Shown here: piece by piece, positions 1-12,087 of the stretch | Layout: each line of letters opens with the position of its first letter | How positions within the stretch are numbered: position 1 is the first letter of the stretch | Source of the DNA: the human T2T-CHM13v2.0 reference genome, Homo sapiens | Strand: one strand, 5' to 3' | Assembly (NCBI RefSeq): GCF_009914755.1 | Contig: NC_060930.1 | Length of the DNA stretch: 64,000 nucleotides | The notes under the pieces: model-generated | Seen by the model: only the letters and a program-made list of their open reading frames with translations | What the model was told of the DNA's origin: nothing | The model's database searches: none | Made by a program: the position numbers and the translations under genes

Positions 1-119
1 GCAGACAGCCTATAGTGGGACTTCACCTTATGATCATGTGAGTCCGTTCTCTTTAATAAATTCCCTTTCATGTGTACATCTATCCTATTAGTTCCTTCCC
101 TCTGGAGAACTCTAATACA
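1..119. mobile_element. end of an MLT2-like (ERVL) LTR
   Basis: ...gtgggacttcacctt...aataaattccct...ctggagaactctaataca resembles the MLT2A terminus as I recall it. Confidence 0.55.
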
Positions 120-490
120 CCAGGCCACTACTGTAGCCACTATCCACCCCTGGCCACTAGTGAGTGGGTCTTCTGGTGCCTCCTCTTTTCCCATTTTTTC
201 TTTTATTTTCTTCTCTGACTCTCCACCACCTGCAGGTGGGACTCAGAGCTGCCACCACACCCAAAGCTCCCGTGGTAGCAAAATTGAGACTGCGGACTCC
301 TCAGGCACCTCTCTGCAGAGTGCCCTTTCTCCATTTTTTCCCATTGGGTGTGTATGTAACTAACAGAGTGGTGGTGCTGTGCATGCCTCTTTCCAGCTGT
401 AATTCCTCCTCTACCTTGGGCTCCTTGCTTGGCTGCCAGCTGAGCCTCTGTTGCCAGCCAGACTGCCCTATCCCCACCACTATGCCTGGA

Positions 491-819
491 TTTTTTTTTT
501 TTTTTTTTTTTTTTTGGAGACGGAGTCTCGCTTTTTCACCCAGGCCAGAGTGCAGTGGCACAATCTCGGCTCATGGCAACCTCTACCTCCCAGGTTTAAG
601 CGATTCCCCTGCCTCAGGCTCCTGAGCAGCTGGGATCACAGGCATTCACCATCACGCCTGGGTAATGTTTGTATTTTTGGTGCTAATGTTTGTATTTTTG
701 CTAGGGACGAGGTTTTACCATGTTGGCCAGGCTGATCTCGAACTCCTGACCTCAAGTGATCTGCCTGCTTCAGCCTCCCAAAGTGCTGGAATTACAGGTG
801 TGAGCCACCAGGCCCAGCC
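491..819 (-). mobile_element. Alu (AluS-like)
   Basis: Poly-T followed by gagacggagtctcgc...aagtgctggaattacaggtgtgagccacc; internal 17-bp duplication taatgtttgtatttttg at 663-679 and 684-700. Confidence 0.9.
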
Positions 820-1479
820 TATCACCGGACTTCTTTACCCCATATTTGCAATTTTAAACCTTCCATCAGCCTAGGAGGTGTGGGGTAAGCATTTAGCAAG
901 CGGACCACAAAGCTCCACATAGAGCTCTGTGGCCATCCTGGGATTTCCCTAGTCAGTTCGTCTTCCTCAGCCCATTTCTTTTGAATCCTCCTGACGATGC
1001 CAATTTTTTCATTCCAATGAACGCTTGGCTTGGAAATTCCCACAAGGGAGTGCCCCAAATCTTCTCAAGATGGCACTGGTTGGGATTCTAAAGAACCAGC
1101 ACTAAACACCAGAGTGATCAGTCCAAAGCATTTATGAGGGAAACATACAGTGGGCTGCAGTAATGCTCACGACAGACAGTGAGAGAAAAGGGCTATTCTA
1201 CCTAGGTATGTGTGCAGCAAGGAGCTCAGGATATGAGGTTCAACATGAGGGTTTAAGGAGTCTGGCTCATGGCCAGGGCCAGTTTCTTTCAATGTTTTGG
1301 GCAACAACCAAGACACCTTTATCAGTGCCTGGAAATGTTCAAGGCCTCCGTTTGGGTTCAAGCCTGCTGGGAAAAACCTAAAGCTTGGCTGTTTCAGAGT
1401 GGTCAAGACACTATGATTTTCAGTCAGGACCCAGAAAGAAAACAGGAAAACTGGAGGACAAAATGCTGTTATTATTTAT

Positions 1480-1790
1480 AATCCTATTACTAGTGTCCTT
1501 AGAGGAAAATTTGGATGGAGACACACACAGGGAGAATGGCCTGTGATGATGGAGGCAGAGATTAGAGTGATGCATGAAGCAAACCAAAGAATGGCAACGA
1601 TGGCCAAGAACCATCAGAGGCAAGAAAAACAAAGGAGAATTCCCTAAGGCCTTCAGAGAGAACACCGCCCTGCTCACATCTCAATTTTGGATTCATAGCC
1701 TCCAGAACTGTGAAAGAATAAATTTCTATTGTTTTAAGTCACTAAGTTTGCGGTAATTTTTTGTAGCAGTCCTAGGAATGGGATACTTAT
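1480..1790. mobile_element. MLT1-type MaLR LTR fragment
   Basis: ggaggcagagattagagtgatgc...cctccagaactgtgaaagaataaatttctattgttttaagtcactaagtttgcggtaat are MLT1 motifs; boundaries approximate. Confidence 0.6.
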
Positions 1791-2370
1791 GGTATACATG
1801 ATTTTTTATTGGAGTTACCTATTTTTGTGTCTCTCTCACTAAAGTAACCCCATTATGGCTTGTTAATCATTATTTATCCAGCTCCTGGAACAGTGAGTAT
1901 TTTATATTAGATAAAAATAGATATTGTTTCCTTAATTAAACAGGAAAAATATTGGGTGCCCGAAGGAAAATGGTTCTTAAAAAAAAGCTTTTCAAAACAC
2001 AAAAGGAAAAGCCTATTTTTGTATAACCCAAATAGTCGTATGAAAATTTCTACATAATTCTTTGACAAGCTATGTAACAGTTGTTGTATGATGACTCTTT
2101 TTTTTTTAACAGGTCAGAGTCCAAGTAACTTTCTCACCTGTTATTTAAATCCAAAGTGACATTCTAGGCATGATTTTACATTTGGTCAATGCCAAGTAAG
2201 ACTGCATTGCAACCACATCTGCATAGTTGAGCTTTAACTAAATTAGCATATACTTTGGAAAACTTTATTGGTCTCACAACAATCAGAATCAACACTTAGG
2301 TAAATCACTTCATTGTTGCAGAACTTTAGAAAATTGGTCTTGCATGTGCTTGGCCTCGATGGCTTCTTTT

Positions 2371-5300
2371 TCAAACCTTGAAAGTCTTCCTTGCTTCTTC
2401 TAAAGCTTTCACATCTACGGGAGGCCTCCTCTGGCTGCCAGGCTGCAGAAACTTCTTCACTGTGGGGAGGTTGCTGATTCTGGTTTTCAGGGCCTGCAAT
2501 GCATGATAATGTAGCCTCAGAGTGAAGCCAAGGGCAGACACCATCATAAACACAACCCAGGAAATCTGAGTCCCTCCTACACAAAGACCAGCTGAGTCCC
2601 CTCCATCAACACCAGTGTAGAGGCAGGGAAACAGACACCCAGCCGGAAGCAAAGATAAGAGGAAGAACATGTAGCTCGCTAGCATTTTCCCCAAAGATGT
2701 CTTTAAGACTATTCAATTCAGTCTCCCTACACACTTCCTTACACATTAATCCTGTAAATTCATGGCTTTTGTATAAGACAAGAAAAAAGAATGTGCCTGT
2801 GAGATATGAGCACAGATCAGTCTCTAGGCAGAAGTGAAACTACAGGAAAATTGAGTCAGAAATGAAGATAGGAAATGTTAAAGGCAAATTATGGGGCTAC
2901 TTTTTCCCACTGAGGGATACAAGGTTGGGGGCTGTGTGTTGTGAGAGCTGTGCAGGGAGAAACGCAATGTCTGACAGCAGGAGCTGGAGCCCAGGGAGAA
3001 AACCAGATGGAAAGAGCCCTGCTCAGACATACTTGGTGTGGGAAGACAAGGGCACATCTGGGATAAAGGGCATCACAGAGAACTCAGGAACAGAAACCAC
3101 AGGGGAATAGAGGGATGGGGAGAGATGCTGGGCCCTGGGTCCTTTCCATGATAAAAGGCAAAATGCTCTTCCTGAGGTAGCAGAGATCCTGAACTTTGTT
3201 TATGGTCCCTGATTCAATGACAGAGTGAGAACGAGGGCTCTGCTCATTCCTTACTTGGACCCCAGGCTCCCATTTTCTCTTCTTATTTCACATCACTGTG
3301 GCATCCACACCACCCACCCAGCTTACATTTTCCACAAGGGCCAGGGGTCCGGCACCTGCTGCTGCATGTTCGGTTTGCCCCAGGCTCAACAGCATGCAGC
3401 CCTGACGTTCAGGACGTGGCTCTACGCTCTGCACTGTCCCTCTCCAATCTCTCTTGGGCAGTGACTCCACCTTCATGACAGCACTCCTCCCCCAGGAGTA
3501 GACTATTTCAGAGTCATTTCTTCTTGTCTGCTCTCCTCATTTCCTGCTCTCTCTGAGATCTGAAGTGAACCTGGGTGAACTTGAATTCATCATCTTTCTT
3601 GCATCGTCGGCTCTGACTCCTAACCTACAGTTATAATCTGCAAGTTGAAGTGTCTAGGGGTGGACTGCACTGATGTCTGCAACTTTGAAATGCATAAAAG
3701 TATCTTCCTCCCCATCCCACTGCCACCCTCCGTTTTTGGATATTTACCCCTGAAACGCCCCACAGTAACAAACACCCCACAATAACAAAACAATGGGCAG
3801 TTGGTCTCATGTCTTCCTACGCATGGTGCCAGAATATTTTCTGATGTATTCCATTCATCATGTTCCTTTTAAATCAAATCCAGTGTTGTTCTAAAGACTG
3901 TAGACCAAATTCTACTGTGGCTCAGAGCCTCTCACAGCCCATGTTCTAATTATGAACATGAAATTTTGTTAAATAAATAATTTATATTGGAGTCTAGTGA
4001 ATTGTAATTTTGTGATAACAGCCTGGACAACATTGAGAGACCTCATCTCTTAAAAAATTCTAAAAATTAAACAGGCACAGTGGGTCATGCCTGTAATCTT
4101 AGCTACTCAGAAGGTGGCTAAGGTGGGAGGATCACATAAGCCCAGGAGGTCCAGGCTGCAGTGATCCACTGCACTGAAGCCTGGGAGACAGAAGAAGATA
4201 TCATCTCCTAAAAAATAAAGAAAAATAAAACAAAACTTTGCTGGAAAATTATAGCTTGAGTGTAAGCGGTACAATTGTTTGTCAGTGCCCCAGGAATGCC
4301 AAGCCACTGTTTTTCTATTGTCCTCAAAATGCAGTGTTCCAAAACGCTGAATGACTTCACTTACTTTCTCAAAGGTAGGGAAATAGCAATTTTTCATTCT
4401 CTCTTCGATCAAGGCAAGTTTGACATCTTTTTCCTCAGGTTGACATATGGGCAGAAGAAGGATCATTTCATTCAAATCTGCCATACCTTCTATATACATA
4501 TCAATCCTGAAAGACAAAAACAACCAAACTTTCTAATGCCTTTTGCCTTAGATTTTATAGTTTAAAAATCTAAGAGGATAGAGCATCAGGTGGTGGCAAA
4601 GCAATTTACCTCCAATGATTGCCTTTCATAGTCTAGTCATTATGCTCTGATTTTTACAGGTATATTAACATTTATTTTTTTAAAACAACCTATTGAGGTA
4701 GATAGATCTCTAAATTTTGTTACACACATGACCTAATACAGGTAAAAAGAGCATCGGTGGTCACAGTCATGACAGAAACTTGTGGAATCACTGCCAGTAC
4801 CCACTGGTGCTGTGCCAGGACTGACCATCTCTATTGTGGTTTGTTCTGTGTGTGAACTTAGTGTGAGTCAAATTGCCAAAGTCCTGCCTCCTAAGTAATC
4901 CCAAGAGAGTCCCTGGCACAGCCATCTCAGTCATGTTCCTTGTTCTGTCTCATCATTTTACATCTCCCAGGCCCACTTCTATGCCCAATATTAGCAGTTT
5001 TTCCAGTTACTCCCATGAAACATAATTCTACAGCCCTCTCCATGTGCTGTTGTCCGACTCTAGCCACGTGTGCCTTACCTGAGACTCCACCTAAAAGATC
5101 CCCTTCCTTGGTGAAATTATTTATACAGTTACAACCAGTGCAAACTTTTTCTTTTGTGTCAAACTCAGGTTTCACAATACTTTTTAAAACAACAGCTTAT
5201 TGACATACAGCCACATTCAGTGCTTTTTAGCACATTCACAGAACTCTGCAAAAATCATCACATTCTAATTCCAGAATATTTTTTATGACCCCGATAAGGA

Positions 5301-8300
5301 CATCTGTACCATCAGCAGTATTCTTCATTTTACTCCAAGCCCCACTCCTTTAGCCCCAGGCAACACTAATCTACTTTCTGCCTCTATGGATTTGCATATT
5401 CTGGACGTTTCATACAAAAAGAATCCTATAATATGTGGCTTTCTGTGTCTTGTTTCTTTTATGTAACATGTCTTTATGGTTTAACCATCTTGTAGCATGC
5501 ATCAGTACTTCATTCTGTTTCATGACAATATCGTTCCATCACATGGCTAAAGCACATTTTGCCCCTCCATTTATTGATTGATGGATATTTGCCTTGTTTC
5601 CACTTTTTGAATACTATGAATATTGTTATTTGCATTGTACATTTATCTTCAATATTTAGTGTGGTTGTATTTTTTATTCTTTTGGGAATATATCTAGTTG
5701 AGGAATTGCTTGGTCATTGGTAATACTGCAGGAAAATTTTGGAGGGGCTGCCAAAAGTTCCATTCAGGATTTATTTGGAATCATGTAGTTTTATCACAAT
5801 AGTGAGGAAACCCTTTGGCTTTGCTGGTATTGAATCAATCTGGCTGTTTCAGCCTTGTAACCATGTGTCAAGATAACCCCAGCATCCTTGGTGCCAGCCT
5901 CTGCTAGCCCTGCTCAGGTGTTGCAGTCCATATAATTGGCTGGTAACTTAGGTCCCTGGTCATCATTCTTGGATTTACTGGAACCTGAGATTCAGCTCCT
6001 TTGTAACCTTTTCTCCCCAGGCCTTCACCTACAGACTCTCAAACGTTCTATGCCTTGTCCTAAGCTGTTGGCTCCAGTCCAGCCTCTGAAGGCCTGAGCA
6101 CCTGGAATCATGATTCCCCATCCTCCTGAGTTCATGGTTCATCCGTGTTTGGAAACCTCTGTCAGGGTGCTGGATCCATGGACTGGATCCTCTTCTAGAC
6201 TCCCCCTCGCCTGAGCCCACCCCATGTTCACTGTTCCCTCATCTCCATGAGTCTCTGCAATGCTAGACCCTAGCGTACATGCTGAAGGCCCCTACCATGT
6301 CCCACCCACTCAAGGAAGGACCTAAATCACTCCTGTGTTAAATCTGTTGATGGAAGAATAGAAACTATACCATACAGGGCTCTCTCCTTTGTGTCTTTCC
6401 CATAAAGGTTGTATTTGCTGGCAATGTAGTTGAGAATGGCTCTGGTCTGCACAGCTTCATCCTGTCAATCTCAACCATTGACACTAGCTGGAACATCAAA
6501 CTCCCATCTTTACAAAGAAGGAAAAAAAAGGAGAGTGAAATGACTATGAATCCCACTCTTTCAGGATGAAAAAAATGGTTGTGAAAATGACTAAATTTGT
6601 ACATGAAAAAGAAATTATTGCCTGGTAAGATTTCACCTGAAAGTGCGTTTTTAAAAAGCTTCCTGTAGTCCTTCTTTTTGTTAATCAGCTTCCTTTTACT
6701 TTTTATCATGTTGTTTCATTTTTGTTATTTATTTCTCCTCCAGATACATAGTAGAACTCTTGTCTTTTTTTGTGTTCATTTATGTTCATGGATACTTCAG
6801 GAAGATGTTGGGATAGGTTACAACAGGACTGCCAACACAATGCCATTTAGAATGAGAAGTTCCCAGAATAAGCCTCATATTTGTGACATTTAAGGCAGGT
6901 TCTGAGAGGTTTTTATGTAAGGGTCCCTTTCTGTGCTCTTCAAAGCCTGCAATACTGCTACAATATTACCTTTTCACACCCCCCATGAAAGAACAAAGAC
7001 TCAAGACAATGGTCACATCTATTTCTCCTCCTTTCATCTAATCTATGTCCTTGAGTATCCTTGGATGGGGAGGCCTGTATGGGATCCTGAGCTGATCAAC
7101 ACAGCTCATTCATGGTGCCCAAAGCATGAAAATAAGGATAGGGCATTCTCAGGGCGCTGGGGATGGTTCCTCTAGCAAATACTCTGAGAAGTCTAGTTCT
7201 TTTAGCCTGGAGAGAGTTGCCAGACCTGATCAAGGAGCCACATCCCTTCCATTTTAACCACTTTCTCCCTCTCCACCTTGCCCAAATACCACCCCACACA
7301 CACATGGGCATTGCCTGCTGTTCAAAATTCCTTGTGTGCCTTCTATTAGATACCCACATCAGAGGTACTTAGAGACTTCATCTTACCATTTCTTAACTTG
7401 TCCAATTCTTCTGCAGATTCTAGAAATTTCTGGTCAAACTGGAGACAGAAACAGTAAATGAGTTTTCGTTAGTTCATTCCATAGCATTATAAACTTCTGA
7501 CTTTGAATAGCCCCTATCTGGTGCATCATTTGGAGAATATAAGATTTCTGAGTTTGGCAGTGCACACAGAGGGGCTGGTTGTGGCCATTTGTAAATTTAG
7601 ACTAGATTCATTGGGGGAATGGCATGGGTCACAGCACATAGCTTCTCCGTCTTCCAGTTCACTGCATCTCCACCCCGATCTCATGACTATCTATGATTAA
7701 GTCATGTTTTGAGAGGGGATGTCAATGGAGAGATGGCACTGAGCAGTTCTTCTACTTATGGTGTTGTCATATCTTAGGAAAGCCTGTGTCTCCAAGTGAG
7801 ATCAGACCACAACCTTGTGTGTCCCTAGCATGGGGTATGCCATGGGCTAATGGCCATCAAAGATTCTGCCACCAAGAGGCCTCTTCTGTAATTTACCTCA
7901 CCCCACTTTTTAGGAATCTTGCTAAGTGTGAAATAGGTCATAGCTATTGCAAAGCTTTAACTCTTGCAACTATAATTTCCTTTTTCTGGAGTAAATGAGA
8001 CACCATAGGGTAGAATCTCAATTTAAGAAAGGAATTAGAGTCCCCACACTAACATTATTTTTAACCAAAATCTCTGGTTTCTGAACCGGTTTTGTGGGTT
8101 CAATATCACCATTTTCATATATTGGCTTCTTGACTTTGGACACATTACTGAATCTCTCTGTGTCTGAGTATTCTAATCTATGAAATGGATATACTTGTGG
8201 TACCTATGGTACAGATTGGTAGGTTGGTATGAAGACTAAATTGCAAAGTCATACAAAGCACTTAGAAAAGTAGCAGGTCTCTAGTAAGTGCTCATTAAAT

Positions 8301-9075
8301 ATAACTAATTATTAGAAGTTTGAGAGATAGCTGCTATTTCAGCATGTCATCCTTTAAAAAAATCTAAATCAATCTAATATTGATGAAACTATTCTTTGTT
8401 ATTGATCTACATCCAGTAACTTAAACCTTGGAGTAAATTACACCTTGTCCTGAGACAAGAGACATTGGTTGGAATGGCAGCCAGCAACAAGGCTGTCTCA
8501 ATTTGATCAGAAGCTCAGAGTGGATGCAGGTATTTAATATAAATAGGAAAATCAGTTGTGACACAACTTTTCACAAAGGTCATCAAAACCTTTTACAAAA
8601 AATACTCCTGAAAAGGCATCTGTCCAGCAACTCCCTGTTCAAACTTGGCCTGGTGTCACCCTTGTTATTGATGTTTGCAGTGAATGATAAGTATTTCAAA
8701 ACATTTACTTAATCCTTCTTATTCTTTTGCTTTAAAAATCTTTTTCTTCCTTTATCTCCCTAAGGACATACATGGTTTACTATGGTACACACGTACCCAT
8801 TACAAAACTTTGTTCCCATATAAAGAGTCTCTTTCTGTTTATTAAGTTGACACAATATATCCAAAAGCAGCTGAATGCACAACTCAAACTGTCATCCAAG
8901 CACACAAAGAAGGCATTGATGTGAGTATTAAGCAGTTTTTTTTTATTGTACTAAGGACACATTTAAAAATATTTTTCTGGTGACCTAGATGAGATGGTGT
9001 GAGGCAGTGTAGAAAGATTTATAAGATCAGTACTTACTTTGTTAAAGGTTATCGCCCTCGTGGCTCAACAACTTA
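2371..9075 (-). pseudogene. GSTA7P: unprocessed GST alpha pseudogene lacking exons 2 and 6
   Basis: Exon 7 2371-2493 ([40 protein letters not shown]); exon 5 4365-4506; exon 4 6376-6507 (132 bp vs 133 bp, a 1-bp frameshift); exon 3 7387-7438 (FDQKFLESAEELDKLRN); exon 1 homologue about 9038-9075 with GTAAGT donor. No exon 2 or exon 6 homologue seen. Symbol assigned from recalled gene order. Confidence 0.8.
4020..4235 (+). mobile_element. 5'-truncated old Alu (AluJ-like)
   Basis: gcctgtaatcttagctactcag...gggaggatcac...cccaggaggtccaggctgcagtga followed by an A-rich tail. Confidence 0.7.
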
Positions 9076-9461
9076 ATTTGAGGTCCTAATGTGGTTGATA
9101 ACCTACACGTTCATTTCAGTAGCTCCCTCCCATTGAAAGGAATAGATTCAAGTTAAAAACAGCCACTCCCACATGTTTCAGGGCCACAGGACTGCCTACT
9201 AGATTCTAAGAAAAATGGCAAGTCATCCTCTTATCACAAGGTAACTGGTTAATATGTTCCTTTTCAAGGTTGGCAATAAAAGTTTAACCAAAAATTTCAG
9301 CAGATTTTGCTCTCTTTATAAGTCAGTAGAAACTGGCTTTTTGAAGAAACTCACTTTTCGTGACTTGGATGTAAGGACTAAGGCAGATGAGAAATCTCTG
9401 CTGGGGGCATAGCTGGGAGGGCATGTCTGTGAAGGGCAGGCTGATGGCACTCTGGAAGACA

Positions 9462-9653
9462 CTGGGTTGCCACATAAAATACAGGGCACCCAGGTAAATG
9501 TGAATTCCAGGCAAAGGATCAGTCACTTTTTAGTATAAGTATGTCCCAAACACTGTAGGAAACATGTTTATACTAAAAAAGTATTGCTTGTTTATCTAAA
9601 ATTCTCATTTATTTTGCTGTTTTGTATCTTATCTGCCAAATCTGGCCACCCTA
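9462..9653. mobile_element. MER53-like palindromic MITE
   Basis: About 190 bp with inverted ends gggttgcca...tggccaccct and a central inverted repeat ttttagtataag...tttatactaaaa. Confidence 0.7.
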
Positions 9654-10050
9654 TTTTTATGTTCTTTCCTCTCTGCATTGCTCAAATCACCCTTCCTGGC
9701 CTCTGGGCCTTTGCACATGGCATTTGTCCTGACTGGAATACTCTACTTTCACTTCCTGCTGTATTTTCTCTATTGTGTCTTTCCCTGCATTAATTTGACA
9801 TGATGTATTCAATATCAGATTTCCCCTTAGACCTTGAGTTCTTGAGAGCGGAGCCTTCTTGTTTGAGTCCAGTCCTTATTGTCTGGGACAAAACATGGAC
9901 ATCATAGGAGCTCCTAAAATAAGATAGTTTAAAAATTTACATGGAAAAATTCTAGCAAATACAAAAGTAGAGGGAATAATATAACAAGCTTGAAGGTACC
10001 CATGACCTGCATTCATCAATTGCCAGCAACATTTTTTTATCTATGCCTGG

Positions 10051-10514
10051 CAGTGGATTAAGTTATGTTGGCTTCCAAGAAAGAGAGGTCCATGTCCAAA
10101 TCCTTGAGTCCTGTAAATGTGACCTTATTTGGAAAAAGGCTCTTTGCAGATGAGGTTAAGGAATTTGAGATGAGATCATCCTGGTATATCCAGATAGGCC
10201 CTACATCCAATGACAAATGTCCCTGCAACGTAGAGAATAGAAGACACAGACACACAGAGGGTGAGGTGCTGGAAGCCCCAGGCAGAAAGTAGAGTGATGT
10301 GGCCATGATCCATGAAAGTCCAGAAATGCCAAGAGCCGCCAGAAGCTGTAAGAGGCAGGGAAGGATTGTTCTCTAGTACTTCCAGGGGAATGTGGCCCTA
10401 CTCACACCCTGACTTCAGACTTCTCGCCTTCAGAATTGTAAGAAAATGCCTTTCTGATGTTTCAAGCCACCCAGTTTGTAGGAATCTGTGACAGGAGCCA
10501 CAAGAAAATGATAC
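10051..10514. mobile_element. MLT1-type MaLR LTR (paralogous copies at about 26953-27270 and 52356-52820)
   Basis: gtgaccttatttggaaaaagg...tttgcagatg...gagatgagatcatcctgg...ttcagaattgtaag...aagccacccagtttg. Confidence 0.7.
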
Positions 10515-11060
10515 AAACTCCCACATACTCCCTCCACTACCAGGGGATTCTTTTCAAGCAAATCCCAGACAGCATATCATTTCGTCTGTAAATACTAGTA
10601 TTCATCTCTAGGAAGGAAGAACTTCTTTTCTAAACATAATCACACTATGATTGTGTTTAATATGATAATCTCTTATCATATTAAAATTCTATAATTCCCT
10701 AATTTCATCAAAGCTTCAGCATTCTAGTTCATGTAAGTGTCCCATAAAAATTTCTTAGCAGTTTGTTTATTTTGGTCAGCATGCAAGCAAAGTCCTTACA
10801 AAGCATTTGAGGGATATGAGTCCATTTTTTTTAGAAATTAATGAATGAATAGAGACAGGCAGAGTGTGTGGGGGTTTGTGAGTTCTCAAAGCCCAATCTC
10901 ATATACCCAGGTTCTGGAGTTGCATAGAGCTGTGCATGGGTCTGTGCAGATGTCATTGTCCATTGGTGATGAAGCACTGGGGATCCAGCAGGCCAAGCCC
11001 CACACCACGAGCTCACAGTACAGGGGAGCAAACACAGTGGCCCTCAGGTGTTATTAGAGG

Positions 11061-12087
11061 TGAAGGGGTGGCCTGCCCCTCCACAGCTGTGGGTATTTCT
11101 AGTCAGGTGGGATGAGAGACTGAGAAAAGATATAAGACACAGAGACAAAGTATAGAGAAACGATAGTGGGCCCAGGGGACCAGCACTCAGGATACCAAGG
11201 ACCTGCACCAGCACCGGCCTCTGAGTTCCCTCAGTTTTTATTGATTATTATTTTCATTACTTCAGCAAAAAGGAATGTAGTAGGAGAGCAGGGTGATAAT
11301 AAGGAGAAGGTCAGCAAAAAACGTGAGCAAAAGAATCTGTGTCATAATTAGGTTCAAGGGAAGGTACTATGACTGGACGTGCACGTAAGCCAGATTTATG
11401 TTTCTCTCCACCCAAACATCTCAGTGGAGTAAAGAATAACAAAGCAGCATTACTGCAAACATGTCTTGCCTCCCACCATAGGGCGGTTTTTCTCCTATCT
11501 CAGAATTGAACAAATGTACAATAGGGTTTTGTACCGAGACATTCAGTTCCCGGGGCAGGCAGGAGACAGTGGCCTTCCTCTATCTCAACTGCAAGAGGCT
11601 TTCCTCTTCTACTAATCCACCTCAGCACAGACCCTTTACGGGTGTTGGGCTGGCGGATAGTCAGGTCTTTTTCATCCCATGAGGCCATATTTCAGACTAT
11701 CACATGGGGAGAAACCTTAGACAATACCCCGCTTTCAAGGGCAGAGGTCCCTGTGGCTTTCCACAGTGCATTGAGCCCCTGGTTTATTGAGACTAGAGAA
11801 TGGCAACGACTTTTACCAAGTATACTGCTTGTAAACATTTTGTTAACAAGGCACGTCCTGCACAGCCCTTGATCCCTTAAACCTTGTTTTCATACAACAC
11901 ATGTTTTTGTGAGCCCCAGGTTGGGTCAAAGTGGCTGGGTCAAAGTGGCTGGGGCAAAGCTACAAATTAACAACATCACAGCAAAGCAATTGTTTAAAGT
12001 ACAGGTCTTTTTCAAAATGGAGTCTCTTATGTCTTCCCTTTCTACATAGACACAGTAACAGTCTGATCTCTCTTTCTTTTCCCTACA
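11061..12087 (-). mobile_element. HERV-K(HML-2) solo LTR, LTR5A-like
   Basis: Minus strand reads tgtagggaaaagaaagagagatcagactgttac...ggggcaggccaccccttca, 1027 bp; TSD AGAGG at 11056-11060 and 12088-12092; empty site at 53370-53374. Confidence 0.9.

Noticed and set aside
164-874. Overlapping 70-150 aa ORFs with poly-F or poly-K stretches
   Set aside because: These are translations of an antisense Alu and its poly-T tail.
10058-10306. Near-identical ORF pairs at 10058-10306 and 52364-52612
   Set aside because: They lie inside a duplicated MLT1 LTR; the similarity is due to the segmental duplication.
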